IMG/VR virus record: IMGVR_UViG_3300042890_002891
Coordinates: 194,831-258,830 of that record
Direction: 5' to 3' (one strand)
Origin: a virus
Lineage: Duplodnaviria; Heunggongvirae; Uroviricota; Caudoviricetes
DNA: 64,000 nt
Shown: in pieces, positions 36,520-45,276 of the stretch
Numbering within the stretch: position 1 is the stretch's first letter
Layout: the number at the start of each line of letters is the position of its first letter
The notes under the pieces: model-generated
What the model was told of the DNA's origin: nothing
The model's database searches: none
What the model saw: only the letters and a program-made list of their open reading frames with translations
Program-made: the position numbers and the translations under genes

Positions 36520-36866
36520 CCGTTTTGTTTTGTGTGCTTGCACTGGCCGCGGAATCGAAATCCCGAGCAAGTGCAGCTCAAGTTGCCGTTTAACCGAGTC
36601 ACGGTATAAACCTCACCCTTGCTGCCGGCCACGGTCCAGGTCTCACCTGCAGGTGGTGCCACGTCAACAGAAACATTCCATTGATCAGGCACAATTTTGA
36701 ATTTGCGTCCACGGATGTCAATCCGCATGGGCGTACGAAATTTGTGTGCTGCTCCTGTGCCAAACTTCACATAGGCATACATCTTGCTCTTGCCATCGTC
36801 CATCAGGTACACATGATTGGGTGCCGTGTCACCGGACCATTCAGTTGTTTCAGCAAACCATTTCAT
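36516..36866 (-). CDS. SWIM-type zinc-finger protein (116 aa)
   Basis: C-terminal CTCSGFRFRGQCKH = CxCx(n)CxH SWIM signature. Confidence 0.5.
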   Translation of the reverse strand: MKWFAETTEWSGDTAPNHVYLMDDGKSKMYAYVKFGTGAAHKFRTPMRIDIRGRKFKIVPDQWNVSVDVAPPAGETWTVAGSKGEVYTVTRLNGNLSCTCSGFRFRGQCKHTKQNG

Positions 36867-37054
36867 TTTTCAGCCTTTGCAATCAGGCTCATACCTTTGT
36901 TCATGACTGTTTGCAGGGCCACTCGCTGTTCAGCAGTGAGTTCGTTGCGTTGTTTTGCAGCCAGCATGGATTCCAGAGTTTCTAACAAAAACCCGCTGAC
37001 GCTGTGATCAATGCGATACTGTTCACAGATTGAGATAGCTTGAGTAATGTCCAT
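36863..37054 (-). CDS. hypothetical protein (63 aa)
   Basis: RBS AACAGGAGCAGAGA; downstream of family promoter 37084..37112. Confidence 0.45.
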   Translation of the reverse strand: MDITQAISICEQYRIDHSVSGFLLETLESMLAAKQRNELTAEQRVALQTVMNKGMSLIAKAEK

Positions 37055-37073
37055 TCTCTGCTCCTGTTTTGCT

Positions 37074-37226
37074 CTATGTGTGTATTATAGCATTTCGAGC
37101 AATATTGGTCAACCAACCCAAAATAGCCAACCACACAATCCATTCTACCACTGTAAATTCGCTGCGATGATAGTACAACAACATCTTTCGTTTGAACTTT
37201 TCATAACGGGCAGCAGCTGGTTGCAT
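37074..37226 (-). CDS. possible leaderless small membrane protein (50 aa) between tandem promoters
   Basis: MQPAAARYEKFKRKMLLYYHRSEFTVVEWIVWLAILGWLTNIARNAIIHT. The ATG lies 6-7 nt after the -10 of promoter 37233..37261; not in the ORF track; speculative. Confidence 0.2.
   Translation of the reverse strand: MQPAAARYEKFKRKMLLYYHRSEFTVVEWIVWLAILGWLTNIARNAIIHT
37084..37112 (-). promoter_or_regulatory. consensus sigma70 promoter TTGACC-17-TATAAT (family member)
   Basis: Minus strand reads GGTTGACCAATATTGCTCGAAATGCTATAATACACACAT. Confidence 0.55.
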
Positions 37227-37232
37227 GTGTGT

Positions 37233-37261
37233 ATTATAGCATCATGGGTATTATTGGTCAA
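37233..37261 (-). promoter_or_regulatory. consensus sigma70 promoter TTGACC-17-TATAAT (family member, tandem with 37084..37112)
   Basis: Minus strand reads GGTTGACCAATAATACCCATGATGCTATAATACACACAT. Confidence 0.5.
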
Positions 37262-37292
37262 CCAAAAGAAAACCCGCCTCAGCGGGTTTTTG
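37261..37292 (-). terminator. rho-independent terminator after the porin gene
   Basis: AAAACCCGC-CTCA-GCGGGTTTT hairpin followed by TCTTTTGG on the minus strand. Confidence 0.7.
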
Positions 37293-37318
37293 TTGTACTG
37301 CGTTATACAGTGCAGGAT

Positions 37319-38200
37319 TTAGAAGTTGACTTCTAGACCAGCACCAAATTTCTGTACATTGGTTGCAGAATCTTCTTTGACATAACGTGCATGAACCAAA
37401 GTGTTCTTGCTCAGTGCATAAGATGCGCCAACATTGTAGGCCTTGACAGTGTCATTCTCACCGTAGCCAGCAAGCAAAGTCACTGCACCAACAGCCTGGT
37501 TAACACCAACTGATTTACCAGTGGTTGATGCACCAGATACTTTGTCTTCAGAATACATCGCAAATACTTTTGTGCCAGATGCCAGAGCTAGTCTAGCACC
37601 AACGATGCCTGAATAGCTGTTGGTACCAGTGGTCAAACGAGCAGCAGTTGCGCTCACAGCACCTACAGTGTACTCAACACTGCTGGCTTGTGATTCTGTA
37701 GTGCCACCAGCAACTTCACTGTTGGCAATTGCATACGTAGCAGAAAGTCCAGCAACAGGCTTGGCAGTCAAGAACACTGCATTTTGCAAACGTGAACCTT
37801 GTGCAGCATGAATAACTGCGGTGCTGGAACCAAAAGCATTGCCCATGGCGTCATAGTTGTCAAGTGTGCGAGCAATGGTGTGTTTGTCACGACCCATGGC
37901 CACGGAACCCAACTTGTGAGACAAGCCAACAACAGCAGTGCGGTCACCCAGTGTGGTTGCTGCAGGAGCGTCGCCACCGTAGCCAGTTTCAAGCACAACG
38001 CCAGCAGTGATGCCGCCAGCAAGTGCTTCTGTGGCTTTGATACCGAAACGGCTGGAATCGTTTGTCAACGCGGTTACACCTTCGGCGGTGCCGGTCTTGG
38101 TGTTTTCTTGGTACACACGAGCTTTACCGTAAACGGTGGCGTCAGCTTGTGCTAGGGAGGCGGCCAATGCTAGGGCCATTACTAAAGCATATTTCTTCAT
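37319..38200 (-). CDS. outer-membrane porin (beta-barrel)
   Basis: Signal peptide MKKYALVMALALAASLAQA; alternating beta-strand pattern; C-terminal ...GAGLEVNF ending in Phe; RBS AAGGAAAAACC. Confidence 0.6.
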   Translation of the reverse strand: MKKYALVMALALAASLAQADATVYGKARVYQENTKTGTAEGVTALTNDSSRFGIKATEALAGGITAGVVLETGYGGDAPAATTLGDRTAVVGLSHKLGSVAMGRDKHTIARTLDNYDAMGNAFGSSTAVIHAAQGSRLQNAVFLTAKPVAGLSATYAIANSEVAGGTTESQASSVEYTVGAVSATAARLTTGTNSYSGIVGARLALASGTKVFAMYSEDKVSGASTTGKSVGVNQAVGAVTLLAGYGENDTVKAYNVGASYALSKNTLVHARYVKEDSATNVQKFGAGLEVNF

Positions 38201-38271
38201 GAGGTTTTTCCTTAAAATTAATTTTTGTGCTATTCACACTAGTTACTTAGCGGATTGTGATGCATCCAGGG

Positions 38272-40200
38272 TTATTTTACCACTAGATTGGCTGCTTCTG
38301 CGTCTGAATAGGTGGATGGTATGAGATTGGCCTGCGGAACTACGCCTGCATACTCGCTGGGTATGGCAGTATCTTGCCCAATGCCCACGCCGTTTAGCAC
38401 CAAGAGATTACGTCCTTCTCTCAGGCAGGCCACAATAGCTTGTCCGCCTTGGGTGGTAAGATCAGCCACTGTTTCGATAAACTGTGCTGGACCATTGGCT
38501 TCTGTATTGATTCCGTAGTCAGGCAGATTTTGCACAAAACTCATGACTGGTCCGCGACCCGATGCGTCAAGATTGGCAATGTCTATGCTGGCCAGTGCAA
38601 GATTGGTATTTTCAGAAATCAATTTTGCTGCCATCGAGTTGAAGTCAGAATTTAAAACGCCTGATTGGGTAGGGTATGTTGCGGATATGTTAGAAACCTG
38701 CACTGTGGCATTGGCTATTAGTTGTTGTAATGCTGCATCAGCATTGGCATACACTCCAACACCTGTGCCTGCAGGAATCGTAACTGGTCCGGCAACAGCA
38801 TTGCCGTACACTCCGTTGACAGTATTTTGCATTCTGCCATAGGTGTCGGTCAACCCGGCCAGGATACCTGCACTGGTCATACTGTTGATTGTGACTGTGG
38901 TGTTGCTCAGCACACTTGTATAGTCAACTCCGACTGCTGCGCCAAGAAGATCAGTAATTACCAGTGTTCCGTCTGGTCCTGAGCCGGTAGCATATGAATT
39001 AGAATAGTATGCAGCCACGCTAGCAGGCACAGCCTGTTCTAGTGCAGATATAGATGGCAGATCTCTCGTGGTCTGCATGAAAGCAAATGCTACTGCCAGT
39101 TGAGATAAATTGAGATTGCTTATATTTTTTATTTGTTGTAGACTAACTTGTATGGCCTTGCAGGCCAGAGCCTGGTCTGCTGGTATGATTCTGGCAAGTC
39201 TTTCGTAGCTGATTATATTCAGAGTACCCAAGGTCAACACATATCTTGGCAAGTAAATCAACAATTTTGAATTCACTGTGCCTTGTGTGTTGTCGTAGAT
39301 GGCCCGTAGCACTGACGTGGTATCTTGATTGTAGGTGCGTACTGTGAGACTGGCAATGCTGTTGGGGAATATTTTTGCAGGATTCAACAGGTCTGCCATG
39401 GTGTTTATGTTCTTGGTAGTCACACCAAAAATAGCCAACACCTGTTCTAGGTCAGTACCTGTGACATTCAGCAGGCCCAGGTATGCCAGATGTTGTACAC
39501 TATCACTTACATTGACATTGGGAGTGGTTAGATTACCAATGCTGGCTTCGTCAAGTCCTGCTTGAATCAAGATAGCTTGAATGTTTGGTGTGAGATTGGT
39601 CAGTGTAACCAATTGTCGTAGCAGTGCTGCTGGAGAACCAAAATTACCAAGATTGTCAAGATCAATCAATTGTCCCAGTGCTTCTAGGTCTAGTCCAAAT
39701 GTTGTCATGGCCAAGGTGGTGTCACTGAGATTGCCAGTGACAAGACTGTTCATGGTGGTAAACGTTGACCCAAGATAGGTCTGACTGTTTACGCTGGTGT
39801 TGATAAATTGATTGACCGAAGTTATGTAACCTTGTGCTGCACCAAACACCTGCGCAAAAACTGCAACATTGCCATTGCCAAGATAGCTAGAGCCCTGGGC
39901 AGTAATTATGCCAGTAAATCCAGATGTGGTGTTTGTGCCTAGAGACGCATACGCAGCAGGTGTGTTGTCAGCTAGTGCAGGCACAGTGTTTGCACAAAAT
40001 GTAAACATGCTGGTCAGTGTGTTTCCACTGATGTTGGCAGCAGCACTATTACCCACAGTATTAAAAAATGGCGTCAATAGTGATGTGCTGGTGTAGGCTG
40101 TTACTGCTGCTGTCCAGGTGTTGGCAATGGCCACTCCACCGTTGTTGCTTAACGTGGCGCCGGCAATCATTTGTAATGGAGTCAACACACTTATGGCCAT
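38272..40200 (-). CDS. tail fibre / receptor-binding structural protein (642 aa)
   Basis: Extremely T/N/S/G/A-rich with low charge, typical of fibre proteins; lies immediately upstream of the PAAR gene. Confidence 0.55.
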   Translation of the reverse strand: MAISVLTPLQMIAGATLSNNGGVAIANTWTAAVTAYTSTSLLTPFFNTVGNSAAANISGNTLTSMFTFCANTVPALADNTPAAYASLGTNTTSGFTGIITAQGSSYLGNGNVAVFAQVFGAAQGYITSVNQFINTSVNSQTYLGSTFTTMNSLVTGNLSDTTLAMTTFGLDLEALGQLIDLDNLGNFGSPAALLRQLVTLTNLTPNIQAILIQAGLDEASIGNLTTPNVNVSDSVQHLAYLGLLNVTGTDLEQVLAIFGVTTKNINTMADLLNPAKIFPNSIASLTVRTYNQDTTSVLRAIYDNTQGTVNSKLLIYLPRYVLTLGTLNIISYERLARIIPADQALACKAIQVSLQQIKNISNLNLSQLAVAFAFMQTTRDLPSISALEQAVPASVAAYYSNSYATGSGPDGTLVITDLLGAAVGVDYTSVLSNTTVTINSMTSAGILAGLTDTYGRMQNTVNGVYGNAVAGPVTIPAGTGVGVYANADAALQQLIANATVQVSNISATYPTQSGVLNSDFNSMAAKLISENTNLALASIDIANLDASGRGPVMSFVQNLPDYGINTEANGPAQFIETVADLTTQGGQAIVACLREGRNLLVLNGVGIGQDTAIPSEYAGVVPQANLIPSTYSDAEAANLVVK

Positions 40201-40203
40201 GTG

Positions 40204-40491
40204 TTATCCTGCAAAAACGGTTGGACTTCCGGAAGCTATAAAAGTACATGCGGCCAAGGGATCGCCCAGTCGTGCCAAAGGTCTAAGATTAACAAACACA
40301 GTTGGACTTCCTGAAGAAATTGGCGCCACATGCCCTCGACACGGATTACCGGGTCGTAAATGCGCTGTGCTAATATCACCTAATCTTGCAGCAGGTTTTA
40401 AATTGACAAATACCGTGGGACTGCCGTTGGCAATAACGTAGGGAGAACAATGTGGAACTCCGGGATCACCTAATCTTGCTACTGGTCGCAT
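40204..40491 (-). CDS. PAAR-repeat tail-spike tip protein (gp5.4-like)
   Basis: Three repeats of ARLGD...GSPTVFVN(L); 95 aa. Confidence 0.8.
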   Translation of the reverse strand: MRPVARLGDPGVPHCSPYVIANGSPTVFVNLKPAARLGDISTAHLRPGNPCRGHVAPISSGSPTVFVNLRPLARLGDPLAACTFIASGSPTVFAG

Positions 40492-40681
40492 ATGCCTTTT
40501 CCATAAGTTTTAAAAAAAGACCACACCAGGCATCTATCTCTTCGTGCTGCTGTTGAGTGTGTGGTTCAGGTGGAATTTCGGGCAGAAATTCTATCACATG
40601 ATCTAGATCGTCAGGAATATCTTTGTATTGATCATACACAAAAAGCTCAGTGCCTTTCATGATTACAAATCTATGCCCCAT
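40466..40681 (-). CDS. hypothetical protein (71 aa)
   Basis: ORF. Confidence 0.35.
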   Translation of the reverse strand: MGHRFVIMKGTELFVYDQYKDIPDDLDHVIEFLPEIPPEPHTQQQHEEIDAWCGLFLKLMEKAYATSSKIR

Positions 40682-40712
40682 GCTGTATTTATGGATGTGA
40701 AATACTGGGCTG

Positions 40713-41012
40713 TTAACCCATTATCAATTTCTTTTCCGGCACTCGGATTCCAGTCAATGCTTCGATGTACTTCATCTTGACTGCATCATCTGTCAATGCG
40801 TAAATTGCCACGTTGTTGATGTTTAGTTTGACTGGCTCATCTGCATCAGCAGTAAACATGCTGGGCACTAGTCCCAGGCCCTGCGGTCCAGGTGCTACAC
40901 TAACTGGTGCACTGATTTCCAGCCAATCTCCGTCGGCCCGTGTTAGTTTGGCAATGAGTTCTTCGCCAGAGTTCAATTTAAAAGTTACTGTGCTGCCTTC
41001 GAGATGTTTCAT
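40713..41012 (-). CDS. hypothetical small beta-rich protein (99 aa, Sm-like pattern)
   Basis: TVTFKLNSGEELIAKL resembles an Sm/PRC-barrel strand pattern; weak. Confidence 0.4.
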   Translation of the reverse strand: MKHLEGSTVTFKLNSGEELIAKLTRADGDWLEISAPVSVAPGPQGLGLVPSMFTADADEPVKLNINNVAIYALTDDAVKMKYIEALTGIRVPEKKLIMG

Positions 41013-41236
41013 TCTGTTAATTTCTTTCTAAGTTCTGTAAATCCGCCCACAAGTTCTTCATCCAGGAAGATCTGTGGTAATGTTCGAGCATTTGGTACTG
41101 CTTCTAGTAGTTGTTCACGTGTCCAGTCCTGGCTCACGTTGCGTTCTTCATATTCAATGCCTCGAGATTCCAGTAGCGTTTTGGCCTGGTCGCAATAGGG
41201 GCATTGGTCTTTTGACCATACAATTGCGGTTGTCAT
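41009..41236 (-). CDS. glutaredoxin (NrdC/NrdH-like reductant for RNR)
   Basis: CPYC active site; 75 aa; immediately downstream of nrdB. Confidence 0.8.
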   Translation of the reverse strand: MTTAIVWSKDQCPYCDQAKTLLESRGIEYEERNVSQDWTREQLLEAVPNARTLPQIFLDEELVGGFTELRKKLTE

Positions 41237-41424
41237 GCTTTTTCTAATTCCTTTTGTAGTTCTATTGACTCTCTAATTTGTGAACATTCAGTTTGATATT
41301 GACATTCATGCACTGTATTTGCTAACTGATATACAGGAAGCAGTGAGCAAAATTGTGTGTAATGTGAGCCCTCTAGTGGGCAGATCGTGCATTGAGTTTT
41401 CATTTTATAACTCCGGTAGTGCAT
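41233..41424 (-). CDS. small Cys-rich protein (63 aa)
   Basis: CTIC...C...C pattern; possible Zn-ribbon. Confidence 0.35.
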   Translation of the reverse strand: MHYRSYKMKTQCTICPLEGSHYTQFCSLLPVYQLANTVHECQYQTECSQIRESIELQKELEKA

Positions 41425-42505
41425 CGTAGTCCAGCTGATCGCTCATGACTCCAATAACATAGTTAGTGCTTTCAGACTCTTGCAGTGCAGTTTGTTTGTT
41501 TGATGTGTTCACATGCTTGTTGAACCAAGGAATAGGTGTCGAGCGAGGTGCAGGTTCCTGATACTTGATACCAATTTCCTTGAGTGCGCCCACGGCTGTG
41601 TAGTCCACAAAGTCTTTGAGAATGTTGGCATTGAGTCCAATCACAGGTCCCTTGTTGAACAGGTAGTCTGCCCAGCCCTTTTCTTCACGGATCACATCCA
41701 GATACAACTCATACACTTCAGCTTCGCACTCAACCTTGGCTGCGGCAAAGCGTGGATCTTCTTTGATGACCTGATTGATCATATAAGCAGTCCACTCCTT
41801 GTGCAAGATCTCGTCTTGCAGGATCAAACTAATGATATTGCCATTGCCCATGAAGATCTTGTTCTCTACCATGGCCAGGCTTGTGGCAAAGCTGACCATA
41901 AAGCGGAACGCTTCCAGTGCATAGCTGGCATGCAATGCCATCCAGATTGCTCTCACATGTTCTACTTCTTCCACAGGTTGGCCTAGTTCTTTGGCACAGT
42001 TGATTCTGTGTAGGTCATCATAGTATTTGCCAACACTTGATGCCATGTCGATGATCTGTTGCGTGTCGTGAATGGTGTTAAACACATCCTTGGGCACGTT
42101 GTAGATGTTGCGAATGATGTGACTGTAGCTCTTTGAATGAATGTTGGTTTCAAAGAATGTCCAGTTGTAGATTAGAGCTTCTAGTTCTGGCAATGATACC
42201 ACAGGCATAAAGATCTGACTGGGTCCACGACCTTGCAAACTGTCTAGAGCTGTTTGTCTCAACAAGTTGCTGGTAAAGATATGCTTAACTGTTTCGCTGG
42301 CATCCTTGAAGTCATTTGAATCTTTGGTAAGACTGACTTCTTCGGGTTGCCAAAAGAAGCCACGTGCTGTGGCTTCATAGTCTGCAATCTTTTTGTATTT
42401 GACTTCTTCAAAGCGTTGAATAGTTACAGGACCTGCAGGGTCCAGGAACATCTTGCGATTGAGGTAATCGGTTCGTGTTGCCAAGTTATATTGTTGTTTT
42501 GACAT
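41405..42505 (-). CDS. nrdB: ribonucleotide reductase class Ia small subunit NrdB
   Basis: Diiron ligand and tyrosyl-radical context conserved; 366 aa, with the E. coli NrdB-like C-terminal tail. Confidence 0.9.
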   Translation of the reverse strand: MSKQQYNLATRTDYLNRKMFLDPAGPVTIQRFEEVKYKKIADYEATARGFFWQPEEVSLTKDSNDFKDASETVKHIFTSNLLRQTALDSLQGRGPSQIFMPVVSLPELEALIYNWTFFETNIHSKSYSHIIRNIYNVPKDVFNTIHDTQQIIDMASSVGKYYDDLHRINCAKELGQPVEEVEHVRAIWMALHASYALEAFRFMVSFATSLAMVENKIFMGNGNIISLILQDEILHKEWTAYMINQVIKEDPRFAAAKVECEAEVYELYLDVIREEKGWADYLFNKGPVIGLNANILKDFVDYTAVGALKEIGIKYQEPAPRSTPIPWFNKHVNTSNKQTALQESESTNYVIGVMSDQLDYDALPEL

Positions 42506-42526
42506 TTGTTTTATATTTCTATTTTG

Positions 42527-44842
42527 TTAAAGTTTGCACGACTCACAGTCGTCTTGATCGTCAAAGTCAATCACTTCAAGCGGGGCATCTTCTGTGACAT
42601 TCTTGCTGCCTGTTTTGTTGATCAGGCTGTAGTAAAAAGTTTTCAGGCCCCAGTGGTGTGACTGCATCAAGTTTCGTGCAATCAGGGTGGTCGGAACCTT
42701 ACGGTCTGCAAAGTGTGCAGGATTGTAGAATGTGTTGGTGCTGATACTCTGATCAACATAAGCAGCAATAACAGCCGCAGTCTTCAAGTAACCATCACAA
42801 TCTTTCTGTTCCCACATCAGTTGATATTTGTTCTTGAGTTTGTGGTACTCTGGAACCACCTGTGTCAGGCTTCCGGCTTTGGATTCTTTAACACTGATCA
42901 AGCTCATAGGCATTTCAATACCGTTGGTTGAGTTGATTACAACTGAACTGGATTCCACAGGAGCCACTGCCATTTGTGTGGCATTGCGTACCCCATGCGT
43001 TTTCATTTCTGTACGCAGGGCTTCCCATGGCAGCTCTGGAGCAAAGTCTGCAAGTTCATTCACACCCTGAGCTCGTAGTTCCCAGGGGAATGTTCCTTGA
43101 CCGTAGCGTGTGTGATCGCTGCCTAGACACTTGCCGCGTTCCTTGGCCAGTTCTACACTGGCTTCGGTCAAGTAAAATGCCAGGTGTTCCATCCAAGTTT
43201 TGACTTCACCTAGTGCATCCTTTTCACCATATTGCAAGCCACGCTTGGCGTGCCAGTATGCCAGGTTGGTAATACCAATACCTAGCGGACGAATCTCGTC
43301 ATTGCTTAGTTTGGATTGAATTGATAAGAAATCTTGATAGTCCAATATATTATTGAGGCTTCTATGTAAAATGCGACAAGCCCTGCGCATATCTTCAGGA
43401 TTACGGAAGGCACCCCAATTAATGGAACCAAGAGTGCATAAAGCGATGCGGCCATCAGCATCATCGAGGCGCTTAAAAGACTTAGTAGGTAAAAGTATTT
43501 CACAACATAGATTACTCTGATAGATTGTATGATACTCAGGATCAAATGGACCCTGCTTCATCACATTGTCAATGAACACTAGATAGATACGGCCAGTGTC
43601 TGTGCGTTCTTTCAAGATGCCACCCTTGAATACTTCTTCTGCACTCATGGTCTTCTTGCGAAGGTCCTTGCGCTTTTCGTATTTGACATAGAGTTCTTCA
43701 AACAGTTCTGTATTGCTGTAGAATGCCTGATACAGATCTGGCACTTCATTAGGATCAAAGAATGTGATCATCTCTTTATTCTTAAATCGTCTCCAGAAGA
43801 AGGCGGAGAGGACCACTCCATAATCCATGTGTCTGACTCTAGTTTCTTCTGTGCCTTGGTTGTTCTTGAGTACAATAAGGTCATCAAACTGATGATGCCA
43901 GATGGGATAGAACACTGTGGCTGAGGCATTGCGAATGCCACCTTGTGAGCATGAGCGCAGGTCACCAAACCATTTTTTTAAGAATGGTATCATACCTGTG
44001 TGCATGATTTCGCCACCGCGAATGGGTGAACCCAACGGACGTAGTCTACCAATCTCTAAGCCAATGCCAGCACGTTTGCTGGCATACTTGGCCATCATTT
44101 CGCCCGAAGCAAATATACTATCGAGGTCGTCATCGCTGCGTATAAGGACGCAACTCGAAAATTGTTTAGTAGGAGTCCCCAGGCCAGCCAGAACAGGAGT
44201 AGCAAGAGTAAAAAGACCATCACTCGCTGCATTGTAATATTCTTTGATATAGCGCATTCTCGCTGTGTTCGGTTCTTCTGAGTGAAATACAGTAGCGGCC
44301 GCGACCATGTATCTAATTTGTGGAGTTTCATAAGTTTGTCCTGTTGAACGATTTTTTACCAGGTACTTTTCAATCAGCTGCTCAATAGCTGCATAACTGT
44401 ATTGTTCGTCCTTGGCATGATCCAGCATGTCATTCATGCGGTTCCAGTCATCTTCGGTGTACCACTCTAACAACTCAGGAGTGTACAAGCCTGTGGCCAC
44501 ATTGGTCTTCACAATGTCATACAGGTGAGGAGGTGTGTAGGTACCATAAACGTCTTTTCTCAACATTGATAGTCGTTGCTTGCCGGCCACAAACTGATAG
44601 TTGGTGTGCCCAACTCCGGGATTTGATTCCACGTCAATCAAGTCAACAATGGCTCTAAGCGTGATACCGTCTATTTCTCTAGTGGTGATGCCATCATAAA
44701 AATGCAATTGTGCCTTGATTTCTACCATGCTTTGACTAACATCTGCAATGCCTGCGCATACTTTTGCAATCTGTGTCTGCCATTTTTCCAACGCCAACGG
44801 CTCACGAAGGCCATTGCGCTTTTGTACTGTGATTGTTTTCAT
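42527..44842 (-). CDS. nrdA: ribonucleotide reductase class Ia large subunit NrdA
   Basis: 771 aa; ATP-cone N-terminus, catalytic Cys/Asn/Glu region and C-terminal redox Cys pair CESCKL; no intein. Confidence 0.9.
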   Translation of the reverse strand: MKTITVQKRNGLREPLALEKWQTQIAKVCAGIADVSQSMVEIKAQLHFYDGITTREIDGITLRAIVDLIDVESNPGVGHTNYQFVAGKQRLSMLRKDVYGTYTPPHLYDIVKTNVATGLYTPELLEWYTEDDWNRMNDMLDHAKDEQYSYAAIEQLIEKYLVKNRSTGQTYETPQIRYMVAAATVFHSEEPNTARMRYIKEYYNAASDGLFTLATPVLAGLGTPTKQFSSCVLIRSDDDLDSIFASGEMMAKYASKRAGIGLEIGRLRPLGSPIRGGEIMHTGMIPFLKKWFGDLRSCSQGGIRNASATVFYPIWHHQFDDLIVLKNNQGTEETRVRHMDYGVVLSAFFWRRFKNKEMITFFDPNEVPDLYQAFYSNTELFEELYVKYEKRKDLRKKTMSAEEVFKGGILKERTDTGRIYLVFIDNVMKQGPFDPEYHTIYQSNLCCEILLPTKSFKRLDDADGRIALCTLGSINWGAFRNPEDMRRACRILHRSLNNILDYQDFLSIQSKLSNDEIRPLGIGITNLAYWHAKRGLQYGEKDALGEVKTWMEHLAFYLTEASVELAKERGKCLGSDHTRYGQGTFPWELRAQGVNELADFAPELPWEALRTEMKTHGVRNATQMAVAPVESSSVVINSTNGIEMPMSLISVKESKAGSLTQVVPEYHKLKNKYQLMWEQKDCDGYLKTAAVIAAYVDQSISTNTFYNPAHFADRKVPTTLIARNLMQSHHWGLKTFYYSLINKTGSKNVTEDAPLEVIDFDDQDDCESCKL

Positions 44843-44844
44843 TA

Positions 44845-45270
44845 TTATTTAATTTGTTGTTTTATTTCTTGTAGCGAAACACTATGATGAACTTTATAAG
44901 GTCCTGGGTTGATATTTAACACTTGTTCCGGCCCCCAATTCAATATATATTTCTTTTGGGTAACTAGGACTAAATTGTCACTTCCAGTGTCTACTAGATG
45001 GGAATCCTGCATTTCCGAGTGGTCCAGCATAGCTATAGTATACATGATTCCCAGTCCGCGAGCAAGGCCGCAGTACATGTTGTCGCTCAATAGTTGCCAG
45101 GGATCTGGCCAAGTGGGCCGATCATCCCAGTGCAAATGGTAAGCACGCCACGGAGCGCAAAACCACCAGGCATTAATCAGGTGCAGTGCAGATTCTGAAT
45201 CGACCTGTGCGGCTTGGGCCCGGAGTTGTGACCAACTGTCGAGCCGTTGAGCAAAAGTGGGGAGCCACAT
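44845..45270 (-). CDS. hypothetical Trp-rich protein (141 aa)
   Basis: ORF immediately upstream of nrdA in the same operon. Confidence 0.45.
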   Translation of the reverse strand: MWLPTFAQRLDSWSQLRAQAAQVDSESALHLINAWWFCAPWRAYHLHWDDRPTWPDPWQLLSDNMYCGLARGLGIMYTIAMLDHSEMQDSHLVDTGSDNLVLVTQKKYILNWGPEQVLNINPGPYKVHHSVSLQEIKQQIK

Positions 45271-45276
45271 CGCTTT

